Assembly: GCA_963662795.1 (NCBI GenBank)
Contig: OY759746.1
Coordinates: 416,001-480,000 of the forward strand
Length of the DNA: 64,000 nucleotides
Direction of reading: 5' to 3'
DNA from: Spirochaetia bacterium
GTDB taxonomy: Bacteria > Spirochaetota > Spirochaetia > CADAEX01
How positions within the stretch are numbered: the stretch's first letter is position 1; each line of letters begins with the position of its first letter. The position numbers and the translations under genes were made by a program. The notes under the pieces were generated by a model. The model was not told where the DNA came from, made no database searches, and saw only the letters and a list, made by a program, of their open reading frames with translations. Positions 12,392 through 23,387 of this stretch are shown here, piece after piece.

Positions 12392-13261
12392 ATGGAATTC
12401 AGTTCAGAAGTTATGAAAAAACTACTCAGAGAACAGCAGGATGAGATAAACGCCCATGAACTCTATAATAAGATTGCCGGGCTTCTGAAGGATCAGGAGA
12501 ATAAAAAGACAATGGAGTTAATAGCCAAAGATGAACTGAAACACTATCAGAGGCTGAAAGAGTTGACCGGAAGGGAAATGAAAGCCCGGAAGTTCAAGGT
12601 TCTTCTGAATTACTGGTTTGTCCGTATTTTCGGTATTACATTCGGCATAAAAATGCTGGAGCAGGGAGAAAGCAGCGCAATTGTCAGTTACGGCGAAGAG
12701 GATGAAGCCCTTAAGTATATGGACGAAATTATCAGGGACGAAAAGAGGCATGAGAATGAGCTGATCGACATGCTGGATGAAGAGCGCCTCAAGTATGTAG
12801 GCTCTATTGTCCTGGGTCTCAACGATGCACTTGTGGAGCTGACCGGAGCCCTGGCAGGTTTTACTATAGCCTTTCAGAACACCAAACTGATAGGACTGAC
12901 CGGTCTGATAACCGGAATCAGCGCCTCCTTCTCCATGGCGGCCAGCGAATACCTGTCGACCAGGCATGACGGCGGGGACAACGCCGGAAAATCCTCCCTT
13001 TATACAGGGTTGGCTTATGTTTTTACAGTTATTTTTCTGGTTCTGCCTTTCGCAATTTTCACCAATCCCTTTGTATGCCTGGCAGCGACTCTCTTTATGG
13101 CGATTTTTATAATCTTCTTTTTCAATTTCTATGTAGCAGTAGCCAAAGGGTATAATTTTAAAAAAAGATTCTTTGAAATGGCTGGAATTTCGCTGGGTAT
13201 TGCGGGGATTTCCTTTGCTATCGGTATTCTGATCAAGGAATTTATCGGGGTGGATATCTAA
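12392..13261 (+). CDS. Rubrerythrin-like/VIT1-CCC1 fusion iron transporter
   Basis: N-terminal DE..H pairs (DELKH, DEKRH); VLGLNDALVELTGALAG and SMAASEYLS VIT1 motifs. Confidence 0.9.
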   Translation: MEFSSEVMKKLLREQQDEINAHELYNKIAGLLKDQENKKTMELIAKDELKHYQRLKELTGREMKARKFKVLLNYWFVRIFGITFGIKMLEQGESSAIVSYGEEDEALKYMDEIIRDEKRHENELIDMLDEERLKYVGSIVLGLNDALVELTGALAGFTIAFQNTKLIGLTGLITGISASFSMAASEYLSTRHDGGDNAGKSSLYTGLAYVFTVIFLVLPFAIFTNPFVCLAATLFMAIFIIFFFNFYVAVAKGYNFKKRFFEMAGISLGIAGISFAIGILIKEFIGVDI

Positions 13262-13494
13262 ATACGGGAGCGGCGGCCTGCCGTTCCCTGCATGAGCAGA
13301 ACCTGTCATTTTGAGAAAGAAAAGAGCAGTTCACCAATTTTTCAGTTCTGAAAAGTTCAGATAATAGTAAATACTGCTTTATCAGGCAATCTTTATTTCA
13401 TTTTTATTTTTATATGTAATAATATTTTCATGTATTTATCTTTTACCGGAAAACCTATATAATCATCCATCAGTAATCACCAAGGATATTAATT

Positions 13495-14673
13495 ATGAAT
13501 AATGAATATTTTTCTAAAGAATTATTTAAAAAAATGAAAGAGATTAATCAGGGTTTTCTGAATCTTGAATATCTTGAATTTGAATATCTCCTGAAAAGTC
13601 TATGTCCTGAAAATAGAAAATGGGAATCTGTTGAGGCTCCCGGAAAAGAAAAAATAGAAAAGCAGATAGAAGAGGATGAATTTTATTCAGAAATCAAAGT
13701 AAATCAAAAAGTTAATGAAATAACTATTCTGGATAAAAACGTAAAGACCTTAACTCAGAATATTTTTGCAGGAATGGTACAAAACAGTTACAGTCCTGAA
13801 TGGATAAATAAATATTTTTATTTTGACATTAGAAGTTTTATTTTTTATCCCAGAACTTCTTATTTTAATAATAAGGTTAAAGATCATCTCAACGAAAAAC
13901 CATTCAAATCATTTGAAAAGAAACAAAAAGTTTTTGAAAGCTACCAGGGGATTGGTTATAAAGACTTCATGAATGCCAATAAGGATATTGATAATGAATT
14001 TATTTCGATTGTCCAAAAACTTATATCTATAAAAGGTACGCCTGTTGTTATTGGAATTGCCGGACCTACCGCCGCAGGGAAAACTGAAATAGTGAAGCGA
14101 TTAAAAAGCTTATTTCAGGAACAGGGTAAGATAATTACAACTATTGAGATGGATAATTTTTTTACAGACAGGGAAACCAGGGAAAAGAAAGGCATTCATT
14201 CTATGGGGAAAGAAGCTTTGCATTTTAATCTGCTTCTGAAATCAATAAAGGATATCAGCGAAGGTAAAAATATTTTTATCCCGGAGTATGATTATTTGAC
14301 TGAGTCATCCAGTTTTGACGAATCAGGAAAATTAAAAGAAGGCAAAAAAGCAATTGAAATTAATCCTTCGGACATTATCTTTATCGAAGGGAACTTCCCC
14401 TTTCTTTTTGAAGAAATTATAAAATATATAGGAATTAAAATCGTTTATCTTACAGATGATCCTGTACGGCTGAAGAGAAAATGGAAAAGAGATATAGATT
14501 ATCTTAAAAAATATGAACAGATATATTTCATTAACCGATATTTCCGAACCCAGAAACCGAAAGCAAAAGCATGTTACATTCCGCAGCTCTGTACATGCGA
14601 TTTAGCTGTATATACTACAGATTCCGAATTGTGGCTCAGCAGAGAAACAAGCAATATTCCTGGAATCACTTAA
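13495..14673 (+). CDS. Uridine kinase-like P-loop kinase with an N-terminal extension
   Basis: IGIAGPTAAGKT, EMDNFF, PEYDY, IFIEGNF, RLKRKWKRD. Confidence 0.8.
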   Translation: MNNEYFSKELFKKMKEINQGFLNLEYLEFEYLLKSLCPENRKWESVEAPGKEKIEKQIEEDEFYSEIKVNQKVNEITILDKNVKTLTQNIFAGMVQNSYSPEWINKYFYFDIRSFIFYPRTSYFNNKVKDHLNEKPFKSFEKKQKVFESYQGIGYKDFMNANKDIDNEFISIVQKLISIKGTPVVIGIAGPTAAGKTEIVKRLKSLFQEQGKIITTIEMDNFFTDRETREKKGIHSMGKEALHFNLLLKSIKDISEGKNIFIPEYDYLTESSSFDESGKLKEGKKAIEINPSDIIFIEGNFPFLFEEIIKYIGIKIVYLTDDPVRLKRKWKRDIDYLKKYEQIYFINRYFRTQKPKAKACYIPQLCTCDLAVYTTDSELWLSRETSNIPGIT

Positions 14674-14830
14674 TACAATCTGCAGCATGGGGCTGTTGAA
14701 TTATTAAGTCAACGATATTTGTCTCATTCTTTTTTCTTACCTTCCATACTTTACAATACCTTGTTATCCATATCGGTTGCCGCTGTTTTTATACTAACCG
14801 ATATTACAATACACTTTCAGCTATGTAAAA

Positions 14831-14916
14831 ATATAACGCCTCACATCACCTGCAGCAAAAAGCAGAGCGAGGGACGAGCGGCGTTTTTACGGTCCGAGGA
14901 CAGGTAATTGCTATAT
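14831..14916 (-). repeat. Degenerate attC site downstream of the hemerythrin cassette
   Basis: Minus strand: ATATAGC (R'', AAC to AGC) just after the stop, imperfect central palindrome (AAAAAGC/GCGTTTTT), GTTATAT (R'). Confidence 0.65.
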
Positions 14917-14920
14917 GGGC

Positions 14921-15328
14921 TTATTTCAGTCCCTTTTCATTGAAGAATTGAGAATATTGGATATCAACCCCTTTGATGTGTTTTAGCAACCAATCCATCA
15001 GGAAATTCATTACATCGATACTAAGAGATTGCTGCCCTTTTTCAAACCCATCTTTAAACTCTGAAATCTTTTGGACAAAGGCAGCATGTTCTTTTTTATG
15101 ACTATCTGTCTCAGGATATCCAAATTGGTCAAAGTATTTCTCTTCGGTTTTAAAATGTATTGCAGTATAGCTGATTAGACCATTGATCAACTTTCCCAAA
15201 ACATCTTTTCCTCTTCCCTGTCTCATGGCATCATGAAGCTCATTGATCATAGACACCAGCTTTTGATGCTGCTGATCAATCTCTGTCACCTTTACACTGT
15301 AACTGTCATCCCATTTGATTAAAGACAT
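14921..15328 (-). CDS. Bacteriohemerythrin (single domain)
   Basis: W...YSV....IDQQH, H.F..EE..F, HKKEH, W..KHI...D. Confidence 0.95.
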   Translation of the reverse strand: MSLIKWDDSYSVKVTEIDQQHQKLVSMINELHDAMRQGRGKDVLGKLINGLISYTAIHFKTEEKYFDQFGYPETDSHKKEHAAFVQKISEFKDGFEKGQQSLSIDVMNFLMDWLLKHIKGVDIQYSQFFNEKGLK

Positions 15329-15363
15329 CTTAAACCTCCATATGTTTTTTTATTAGTTCTGCC

Positions 15364-15455
15364 ATATAACGATGGAACCAAACCGCCGCAGCGTGGCGCG
15401 GAATTTGCCTTTTCCGTGAAGCACATAACACGCATCGCATCGGCTTTTGTTATTT
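15364..15455 (-). repeat. Degenerate attC site upstream of the hemerythrin gene
   Basis: AATAAC...GC-rich hairpin (GCGGAA/TTCCGT)...GTTATATGGC; this R' is nearly complementary to the downstream R'' GCCCATATAGC. Confidence 0.55.
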
Positions 15456-17070
15456 ATTCGTAAGCGTCAATTAAACACACCCTGTTAAAAAAAGCCTGTT
15501 TCAATTCTTTGTCAGAAATATTCCAGGGAAGCATAGACTGCCAGTCTTCATTAGAGTCTTCACATGGTGTTTTTTTTAAAATATAATGTAAATATTCATA
15601 AGGATTTAATTTACTCTGTTTTGCTGTTTCAATTAGGGAGTATATTCCGCAGGAACTTTCTGGCCCTTTTTCTGAACCTGCAAACATCCAGTTTTTCCTG
15701 CCCACGACAAAAGGCCTTATTGCATTTTCAGCCGCATTATTGTCAGGGGTTAAATGCTCACATTCCAGATACTTTATCAGTTTATCCCACTGCCCTAATG
15801 TATGGAAAACAGCTTTACCGAGTGAGCTTGAGGGAAGAAGATCAGATGATCTTTTTATGAGCCACTGATTAAAATTTTCAATAACAGGCGATGTCTCTTC
15901 TTTTCTCTTTAAGAGAAATTCATCTCCTTCAAACTCAAGTGTTCTTAACCTTTTTTCAATAGCATAAAGCTTTGCTATATATTTAAGAGCTTCTTCAGCA
16001 CTCCCGGCTTTTTTGCTTACCTTGGATGCTTCAAAGAACTTTTTCCTTGAATGGGTAAAACATCCCACATGGATAATCTCTTTTAAATCTTTTAAGGCGC
16101 AATCATATCCTTCATACCCGTCTGTATGAAGAAATCCGTTATAACTATCCAATAACTCTTTTACATGCAAGGCTGCTCTTGTTTTCCTGTAGAAATAAAG
16201 AATAACAGGATTTTCAGGAGGCCCTCCCCTGATCAGCCACATATAGGATTTTTTAGCATTCTCCCTTTCCGGCTCATTTAATACCTGTACAGTTGTCTCA
16301 TCCATCTGCATAAGAGAACCTTTTAATATTTCACTATTCAAAAGCCTTAAAAGCGGTTTTAATTTATCATGGCATTTAATCTGCCAGTTACTCATATCCT
16401 GTCTGCTTAAATGTATTCCTATTCTTTCAAAGCTTTTTTCCTGCCGGTAAAATGGCAGATGATCTACATAATTACCTGTAAAAATAAAAGCAAGAAGATC
16501 CGGCGTTGCTATCCCTTTAGGTAGTATTGAAGAAAGAGCAGACGCGATCCTTACTGCTTTTTTATCCTCATCACCTGAGCCTTCACAATTTTTGCAGGCA
16601 TATTTTATCCTGATATGCTTTTCCACCCACATCTTTGGCGGAATAACATGAAGCTTTTCCGATACCTCTTCACCTATCTTTACAGGAGTATCTCCGCAAG
16701 CACAGATTTTTTCTTCTTCAGCAATATCATGTATTACTTCTTCTCTCGGTATTTCAGGCGACATAGGTTTTCTTCCAGCTTTTTTTCTATCATACCCTTT
16801 TACTGATATTTCTTCATTTCTATAAGCAGCGGTAGCAGCAGAGTTTTTTCCTGCTTCATCCCCTTCAGGGGTAAATAAAAGAATCTGATCATTCTTAAAC
16901 TCTTCGCTTGCTTTACAGTATTTCTTATATAACAGCAGTTTATATTTTTTCTGCAGATGCTCATGTTCCAATTCAAGTATTTTCAGTTTTTCTGATTTAT
17001 CTTCAAGAGTTTTTATGTATTCTCTTACAGATGGGGAAAGTAATTTAATTTCTTCCTTCATGGACTTCAT
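15454..17070 (-). CDS. tnpC: IS66 transposase TnpC
   Basis: KIGEEVSEKL, DHLPFYRQE, MDETTVQVL, TDGY, DNNAAENAIRP..GRKNW. Confidence 0.93.
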   Translation of the reverse strand: MKSMKEEIKLLSPSVREYIKTLEDKSEKLKILELEHEHLQKKYKLLLYKKYCKASEEFKNDQILLFTPEGDEAGKNSAATAAYRNEEISVKGYDRKKAGRKPMSPEIPREEVIHDIAEEEKICACGDTPVKIGEEVSEKLHVIPPKMWVEKHIRIKYACKNCEGSGDEDKKAVRIASALSSILPKGIATPDLLAFIFTGNYVDHLPFYRQEKSFERIGIHLSRQDMSNWQIKCHDKLKPLLRLLNSEILKGSLMQMDETTVQVLNEPERENAKKSYMWLIRGGPPENPVILYFYRKTRAALHVKELLDSYNGFLHTDGYEGYDCALKDLKEIIHVGCFTHSRKKFFEASKVSKKAGSAEEALKYIAKLYAIEKRLRTLEFEGDEFLLKRKEETSPVIENFNQWLIKRSSDLLPSSSLGKAVFHTLGQWDKLIKYLECEHLTPDNNAAENAIRPFVVGRKNWMFAGSEKGPESSCGIYSLIETAKQSKLNPYEYLHYILKKTPCEDSNEDWQSMLPWNISDKELKQAFFNRVCLIDAYE

Positions 17071-17500
17071 AATAAAAATTTATCAGAAAGTAAAATAAAT
17101 TAATACCCCTTTTCTAACTGATTTTCTTATAATTTAATCTTTCATGCGCCTCAAAAAAATCTATTCCTGAAAGAAGCATCTTAAGCTCTTCAAATCAAAG
17201 TCAAGAATCATAGGGAGGCCATAACTTCAAGGATTTCTTTAAGCTCTTTTTTTCCAATCCCAATTCAAGTGTTATTGTTATTCCGCTTTTTTCTATTGTT
17301 AAATATCTTCCAGCAATTATTTCAGGGGATTTTCTTTTTTTAGCTAACTTTACAAAACCTTGTTTTTCTTTTCACTTTTCAACCACCCGTAAAAGGTTGT
17401 AGTTTTTATTCCTTTTTCCCTGCAAAACAAGGCTATAGATTTTCTGCTTCGGGTTTTACACCTTAATCACACCTTATTTTTTGTCTTTTTTTCTGAGCTC
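15460..17500 (-). mobile_element. IS66-family element, partial (tnpA/tnpB decayed)
   Basis: GTAAGCGTC terminus at 15460; tnpC ORF; tnpB tail and tnpA-like FCREKGIKTTTFYGW remnants at about 17090-17500; other end not found. Confidence 0.85.
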
Positions 17501-17508
17501 ATATTACA

Positions 17509-19500
17509 TCAGTAATTTTCAGGCACCGTTTTTTTAAAATAATTATAAAGCTCTTGAAATTTCTCTACATGATGTTCAAAGACACCAATAATTTCTGGAT
17601 CGAAATGAGATCCTTTATTCTGAATTATCATCCTAACGGAAATGTCAAAATCAAAAGCCTCCTTGTATGGTCTTCGGGTTGTAAGCGCGTCTAATACATC
17701 GGCGATTGCGACAATACGGGCTTCAAGCGGAATTGATAACCCAGCAAGACCTGAGGGATATCCTGAACCATTCCACTTTTCGTGATGAGATGCGGCTATA
17801 CGAATACCGATCTGAAATAAAGTTCTTCCGCTTCTAGCAATATTGTTTTCAGCCTCTTTGAGGACATTAGCTCCGTATAGAGCGTGCGTTTTCATATGGG
17901 CCATTTCCTCTTCATTCAGTTTCCCCGGCTTAAGTAGTACGTTATCCCTAATTCCAACTTTTCCTATATCGTGCATTGGACTGAATCGTTCGAGTCCATG
18001 AATATATTCTGGTGTTAGCTGCTCATCATAGACATGCTCTTCCTTCATGCATCTAGCGAGCTGTACGGTATATTGCTTCATTCTATCCAAATGATCTGCT
18101 GTATCCTCATCCCTTGCCTCCGCCATTTTCGCAAGAGCAAGAGTACTTGAATATACGAGTTCATCAACGAAAATGTTCTTTTCGAACGACAATGCAATCG
18201 CATTACTGATATTTCGGAGAAAAGCGAGGTGCATGTCAGTATAAATGTTTCTTTCCTTGCTGGAAAAAAACAAAAAACCGAGAGGTTTTCCATTCACAAT
18301 TAGTGGCAGAGTTATCGATGAAAGAATGCCTTCTTCCAGAATTATTTTTGTATATTCTTTTATTTCATTTCTTCCAGCATAGTCCTGAAGATCATTTATA
18401 ATTCGGGGTTGATTAGAAATGATAATTTTCTTCAGACTGGTTTCTTCAATGTTTACCGATTGATTCATTAATCGTTCCGGTAGATCTGGAAAACTTCCGT
18501 CCGACTCTCCGTAAGGTGCAATCAGAATGTTGCCCGAATACCCGTCAAATATAGTAACCCCTATATAGTTAAATGGGATATAATTTATGAACGTTTTAAA
18601 AACAAGATGTAATGTTTCTCTGAAAGAGCTTCCTTGATTTATGGTACCAATTATGTTGACCATTTCGCGTAAAACCGCAAATGTTTGATTGACCTCCTGT
18701 ATCAGAGGTGAATTAAAGTTATTTATATTTTTTTTATTTTCTTCAGCTATTCCGAGTGTTTTTATCCCATTATAGAATATTTTGTAAGGCTCGATTATAA
18801 ACTGGTATGTGCCGAAGAGTATCCAGAGACTCAGAAAAACAAGACAAATAATCAGGAAAATAACTAGTACATGAGTTCTATGGTTATGAGTGTAAAAATT
18901 GTGAAGTACAAGAGCACTTAGTTTCTCTGATAAGTCTAATAATGATTCATTATTCTCATTGATATAGATCAGAGCCTTTCTGAATTCTTTGTCATACATC
19001 GCCTTTTCTATTGTTATAAAAACTTCTGCTTCAAATAACATCCATTCCCGTTCAATATCCTTGATTAAATACTTGAACTCTTCCTGAGATGGACTGTAGA
19101 GAATGATCTGTCTGGAATAAAAACTAATCTTACCCTGCTTTATTTGTTGGTATGTCTCATCAAAACTCTCACGCGATTCCATGAGATTTTTCCGAGTCTT
19201 AGATGTTTTTTCCATAAGCTGTTCAATCGAACTAATTCTTTCCGAAGATTCAATTGCTTCATATAACGCGGAAAGCAAGTTTACATCTTTTACTATTTTC
19301 TGTGTCAGCATTTTTTGTCTACCAAGAATATTGACAATATAGTTTTGTTCATCCTCATGTCTACTCGATATAAAAACTAAACCGATTACGATACCTATTA
19401 ATATCAATAATGAGAGTACAACAACAGTGATACGAATACGGAAGAAGTTCGTAAAGTACGAATTGCGTGCTTTAAACAAAGAGTTGAATTTCCCTGACAT
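17509..19500 (-). CDS. Membrane-anchored PilJ/NarX-like sensor + GAF + HD-GYP c-di-GMP phosphodiesterase
   Basis: TM-VNILGRQKMLTQKI-TM; GAF (SSITLPLIVNGKPLGFL); HDIGKVG, HHEKWNGSGYP, ADVLDAL..RRPYK. Confidence 0.9.
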   Translation of the reverse strand: MSGKFNSLFKARNSYFTNFFRIRITVVVLSLLILIGIVIGLVFISSRHEDEQNYIVNILGRQKMLTQKIVKDVNLLSALYEAIESSERISSIEQLMEKTSKTRKNLMESRESFDETYQQIKQGKISFYSRQIILYSPSQEEFKYLIKDIEREWMLFEAEVFITIEKAMYDKEFRKALIYINENNESLLDLSEKLSALVLHNFYTHNHRTHVLVIFLIICLVFLSLWILFGTYQFIIEPYKIFYNGIKTLGIAEENKKNINNFNSPLIQEVNQTFAVLREMVNIIGTINQGSSFRETLHLVFKTFINYIPFNYIGVTIFDGYSGNILIAPYGESDGSFPDLPERLMNQSVNIEETSLKKIIISNQPRIINDLQDYAGRNEIKEYTKIILEEGILSSITLPLIVNGKPLGFLFFSSKERNIYTDMHLAFLRNISNAIALSFEKNIFVDELVYSSTLALAKMAEARDEDTADHLDRMKQYTVQLARCMKEEHVYDEQLTPEYIHGLERFSPMHDIGKVGIRDNVLLKPGKLNEEEMAHMKTHALYGANVLKEAENNIARSGRTLFQIGIRIAASHHEKWNGSGYPSGLAGLSIPLEARIVAIADVLDALTTRRPYKEAFDFDISVRMIIQNKGSHFDPEIIGVFEHHVEKFQELYNYFKKTVPENY

Positions 19501-19706
19501 ATTTTAAACTCCATTTGGGCAATATAATTCTACAACACAGGTTTTATTTATTTTAACTATAGTGATCAATTTTTTAAATACTATTTTGGATGTCGTAGAC
19601 AAATGATATGGTTGGAATTTAGAAGGAAATTTTGAAAAAATCAAGAATAATTATAATAATTATCAGTATTAAATATTCTTAAATCGATTAATCACCCAAC
19701 TGTCTC

Positions 19707-20825
19707 GAGCCTGTAAAGAATTCTGTGTAACTGACTTTTCATTCATCAGAAAACCGCTCTCCATATTCCAATAAAAATAGGTTCACAGCTGGTTTTCACT
19801 CACGGAGAGGCATGCTCCATTTCTTTGAAGCCTGCTTTACAGCCAGGTATATGATTTTAAATGCCGATTTGTCATTGGGAAATATCCTGCGATTTTTTAT
19901 GGCTTTTCGAATTACACTGTTTAAAGATTCAATTGCATTTGTAGTATAAATTATTTTACGGATTTCATCAGGATAATCAAAGATTGTTATCAGGTTTTCC
20001 CAGCTTTTCCCCACATTCTGCTGATCGATGCATATTGACTGTCCCACTTATCTGAAAATATCACTAATTCCCTTTCTGCTTCATCAAGGGTTATTGAAGA
20101 GTAGATTCTTTTCAAATCCCCAGCCAGTTCTTTACAGTCTTTATAGGAAACGTATTTCAAAGAGTTCCTTACCATGTGTACAAATGCATAATCAGATTTT
20201 TGTTTTGGGAAATACTGTATTTATCTCTTCAGGGAAGCCTGTAAGTCCATCCTCACTTGCAATGAAGATATCTTTTACACCTCTGGGAGTGAAGTTCCGT
20301 TAGTATAGAAAGCCAGAACTTCACTCCTTCGTTTTCTGATATCCAGAGTCCCAAAAGTTCCTTAATTCCTTCTGTGGTAACACCCAGGGCTAGATAAACA
20401 GCCTTGTTGATTACTCTTTTATCCTGATGCACCTTTACGACAATGCAATCAAGGTAAATTATCGGATAGACACTCTCTAGTGGACGGTTTTGCCGCTGCT
20501 CAACTTCCTCAAGAACCGCATCGGTTATTACTTTTTTGCCTGTACGGCCACCATTACGGCTGTTCAGTTTATTACGGCCCTGGCTTGAATGCTTCTCGTA
20601 ACCTAAGTGGCTATCCAGTTCTGCATTAAGGGCTTTCTCAATTGTCAATTTCATCAGCCGGCCTAAAGGGTTTGCAAGATCCGATTCACTCTTGACCCCT
20701 TTTGCCGGTTCTGTTGCCATTTCTTCCAAACGCTCTTTATCCATCATAATACTGCTCATTCTATATCCTTTGCCTCTGTGAGGCTATTTAGAATTTTGCA
20801 GTTACACAGTTTTTATTACAGAGTT
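19707..20825 (-). mobile_element. IS256-family element, degraded
   Basis: IRs GAGCCTGTAAAGAATTCTGTGTAAC / AACTCTGTAATAAAAACTGTGTAAC; fragmented transposase (YLDC, YTTNAIES); internal deletion; no target duplication. Confidence 0.9.
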
Positions 20826-20906
20826 AATTTCTTATATAATTTTGCATTTTCTCAAACTTCACAACATTACTCTTCCCGCTATAAATATCATCAGTTTTGT
20901 CCAATC

Positions 20907-22037
20907 TTAAAATTCCGGCCTATTTGATCCCTCACATCCTTACACTACAGCAGAAGAGTTTCCGGATCTCGATGATTATATTCCTTTCTATAGCTTGTAT
21001 GACCCATAAGAGCATTAACTTTATCCGTATCCAGGTGCTGCAGCATTTTTATATCAAAGGTGTTCCGTATTGAATATTGCGGTCTGCCCTCCGGATACAC
21101 TCCGTCTCTTTCACATAATGCCTTAAAGTGCCTGTTTGATACCTCCGGCGTCAGCCCTCTCCCTTTGCTTGAAGGAAAAACCAGATCGTTTATATTATCT
21201 GTTCTTCTTCAAGATACTTATCAAGATGATAAATGGTAATATCACTCAAGTACCCGATTTTATAGTTCTTCCCTTTTCCTGATTGTTTTAATCCGTTCCT
21301 GAACTGATCCATTTACATAATCAATCGATTGTTCAGTATAAAGACCAGTAATTTTTTCTTGTAAGACCTGCGATTTCCCCCGGGCGCCATCCTGTATCGC
21401 GCATAATCAAAAAATAAACAATCCATTTCCTCAATAACCATATTTTAAACAGCTCTTTTTCATCTTCAGGAAAAAGTTTTCCCATTCCAGTATCATTGAA
21501 ATATTGTCTGTGCTTATTCTCCTCAGTGATTTTTTATATACTTGAAATTGGGTTTTCTTTGATAATTTTTTTCCTGACAGACATTTTAAAAACATCATCC
21601 CCGCAGGACAGTATTTTGTATTATCTGACAGAGGCTTCGCTGATTTACATGAGCATATATCAAGATACCAGTCGTCAATCATGCCAGGAGAAATTGCTGT
21701 TATTAAAACATGCCCGAACTGTTTTATCCAATAATTATCAAGTCGTGACTGCTGGATCTTTCAGTATTCATTTTTAAAATATTTCTTTTTTTTCTCAAAC
21801 TGTTTACGATACCATGACTGTCATCAATATAAAATCCGGTAGCAAATTCTTTAAAAGTTGGAACAATTCCGGAGGTCAATCTTTGATCAAAATCATTAAG
21901 ATAAATATTTGCAAATCGGTGAGCCTCTTGCTCGTCAGTAGTCCCTGTTGAAATTTCTTTTCCCGGAAGTATTTTAAAAATAACCTGTATATTCCGCCCT
22001 TTTCTTTTATCAGATTATAATAAGTCTGTAGTTTCAT
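20907..22037 (-). pseudogene. Tyrosine recombinase (island integrase), frameshifted, with stops
   Basis: Fragments read YFLIMRDTGWRPGEIAGL (box I) and YSIRNTF...ALMGHTSYRKEY (box II); adjacent to the att repeat. Confidence 0.85.
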
Positions 22038-22149
22038 GCAGTCGATTGTTTTACAGAGATTTTACGGACACTTTGCCTTGCGGCAAAGTTTTAAATAAGA
22101 TAAGTGTTTATAGTATAAGTATTTATTTTTTACATGTTTAAAAAAATAT

Positions 22150-22166
22150 TGCCGAAGACCGGACTT
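22150..22166 (-). repeat. att core: copy of the tRNA-Leu 3' end
   Basis: TGCCGAAGACCGGACTT, identical to 42376-42392. Confidence 0.92.
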
Positions 22167-22612
22167 TTTATATAAGGTTAAGTAAATAAAATATCTACAG
22201 AATGCAAAATAATAAGGAAGAAAAATACAAGCATTAATGATTATTTTTTTTATTATTTTTATAAGATTACGGACATTTAACGGACAGAAAAAAACGGGCA
22301 AAAGCCCTATGGCTCTGCCCGTTGAAAGTAATATAAATTTTCAGCTAATTATTGTCAATAGGATAATTTGCAGTAAAAACTTCTGTCTTTTTTCTTTTCT
22401 TCTGCCCCTGGGAAGCTCCCGTGAATTCGGTATACATCTACTTGTTAGCAGAAAAAAACCAACAATCAATCACAATATTCTGTAACAATTTTAAATAATT
22501 AAAAGTAAAGGAATATTAAAAGTTTTTAAATCTTTATGAATTTTTCCATACTGATCTTCGTATATATATAATGATTATATACAGATTGGTTAATTAAAAA
22601 TACTTGATTATT

Positions 22613-22640
22613 TGTTTAATATGTTATAACATATTAAACA
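22613..22640. promoter_or_regulatory. Perfect 28-bp palindrome, candidate GntR operator overlapping its own promoter
   Basis: TGTTTAATATGTTATAACATATTAAACA; core ATGTTATAACAT repeated at 30719-30730. Confidence 0.75.
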
Positions 22641-22660
22641 CTTATGGATTTAAAAGAAAA

Positions 22661-23323
22661 ATGATAAATTTACCAAAAACAAAAGAAGAAATCGCTTATG
22701 AATTACTTAAAGATTTAATATTACGTAATGAATTACCTAAAAACCAATTCTTGTCACAAAGGATGCTAGCTGAAAAAGTTAAAACTAATTTAAGTACAAT
22801 ACGCACAGTACTAAGACAATTGGAAAGTGATAATTTAATTGAAAATGTTCCTCAATGGGGAGTAAGAATTCCTGAAGAAACCGAAGAAGTACTCAGAGAC
22901 AGATACTATATCAGAGAACTTCTTGAGGTTGGTGCAGTTAAATTAATTGTTAAAAATAGAGAAAATCCAACTTTTAATAAAAAAGCAATTATTGAAAAAG
23001 CGGAAATATGCGATGCAATATCACGTGAACTTCCCAAAAATATCAACAATTTTGCTCAGGCTCATTTTGAGTTTCATTTAGAACTCGCAAAAAAAAGCGG
23101 TTCTGCATTGCTCCTTCAGAATTTATCACGTCTTCATTTCCAGAGTTTTATACTACAAAATGCACAGCGCGGATGGGCATTTGGAGCTTTTATTAATCAT
23201 ACCGATATGGTTAATATAATTCTAAATGGTACTGAGAAAGATGCTGTAGCCTTTACAATAAAACATATTCGTGGTGGTTTGGAAAGCGAATTGCAAACTC
23301 TCTTAAATCAAAAAACATTATAA
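22661..23323 (+). CDS. GntR-family regulator (FCD-type)
   Basis: AYELLKDLIL..ELP..QFLSQRMLAE...STIRTVL..LE..NLIE.VPQWG; FH..LA..SG; likely start at ATG 22661. Confidence 0.88.
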   Translation: MINLPKTKEEIAYELLKDLILRNELPKNQFLSQRMLAEKVKTNLSTIRTVLRQLESDNLIENVPQWGVRIPEETEEVLRDRYYIRELLEVGAVKLIVKNRENPTFNKKAIIEKAEICDAISRELPKNINNFAQAHFEFHLELAKKSGSALLLQNLSRLHFQSFILQNAQRGWAFGAFINHTDMVNIILNGTEKDAVAFTIKHIRGGLESELQTLLNQKTL

Positions 23324-23331
23324 AATAAGTG

Positions 23332-23382
23332 TTCCATTTCCTTAAAAACTACTATACATAATAATTGTAAAAGGAAATGGAA
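23332..23382. terminator. Inverted repeat between convergent genes
   Basis: TTCCATTTCCTT ... AAGGAAATGGAA. Confidence 0.45.
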
Positions 23383-23387
23383 AACAA

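Noticed and set aside
12518-13309. 263-aa minus-strand ORF
   Set aside because: Antisense shadow of the well-supported VIT1/rubrerythrin gene; no motifs.
20907-22037. Possibility that this recombinase is the integron integrase IntI
   Set aside because: No IntI-specific insertion or HTLRHSFATHLL-type motif is seen; position next to a tRNA att core indicates an island integrase.
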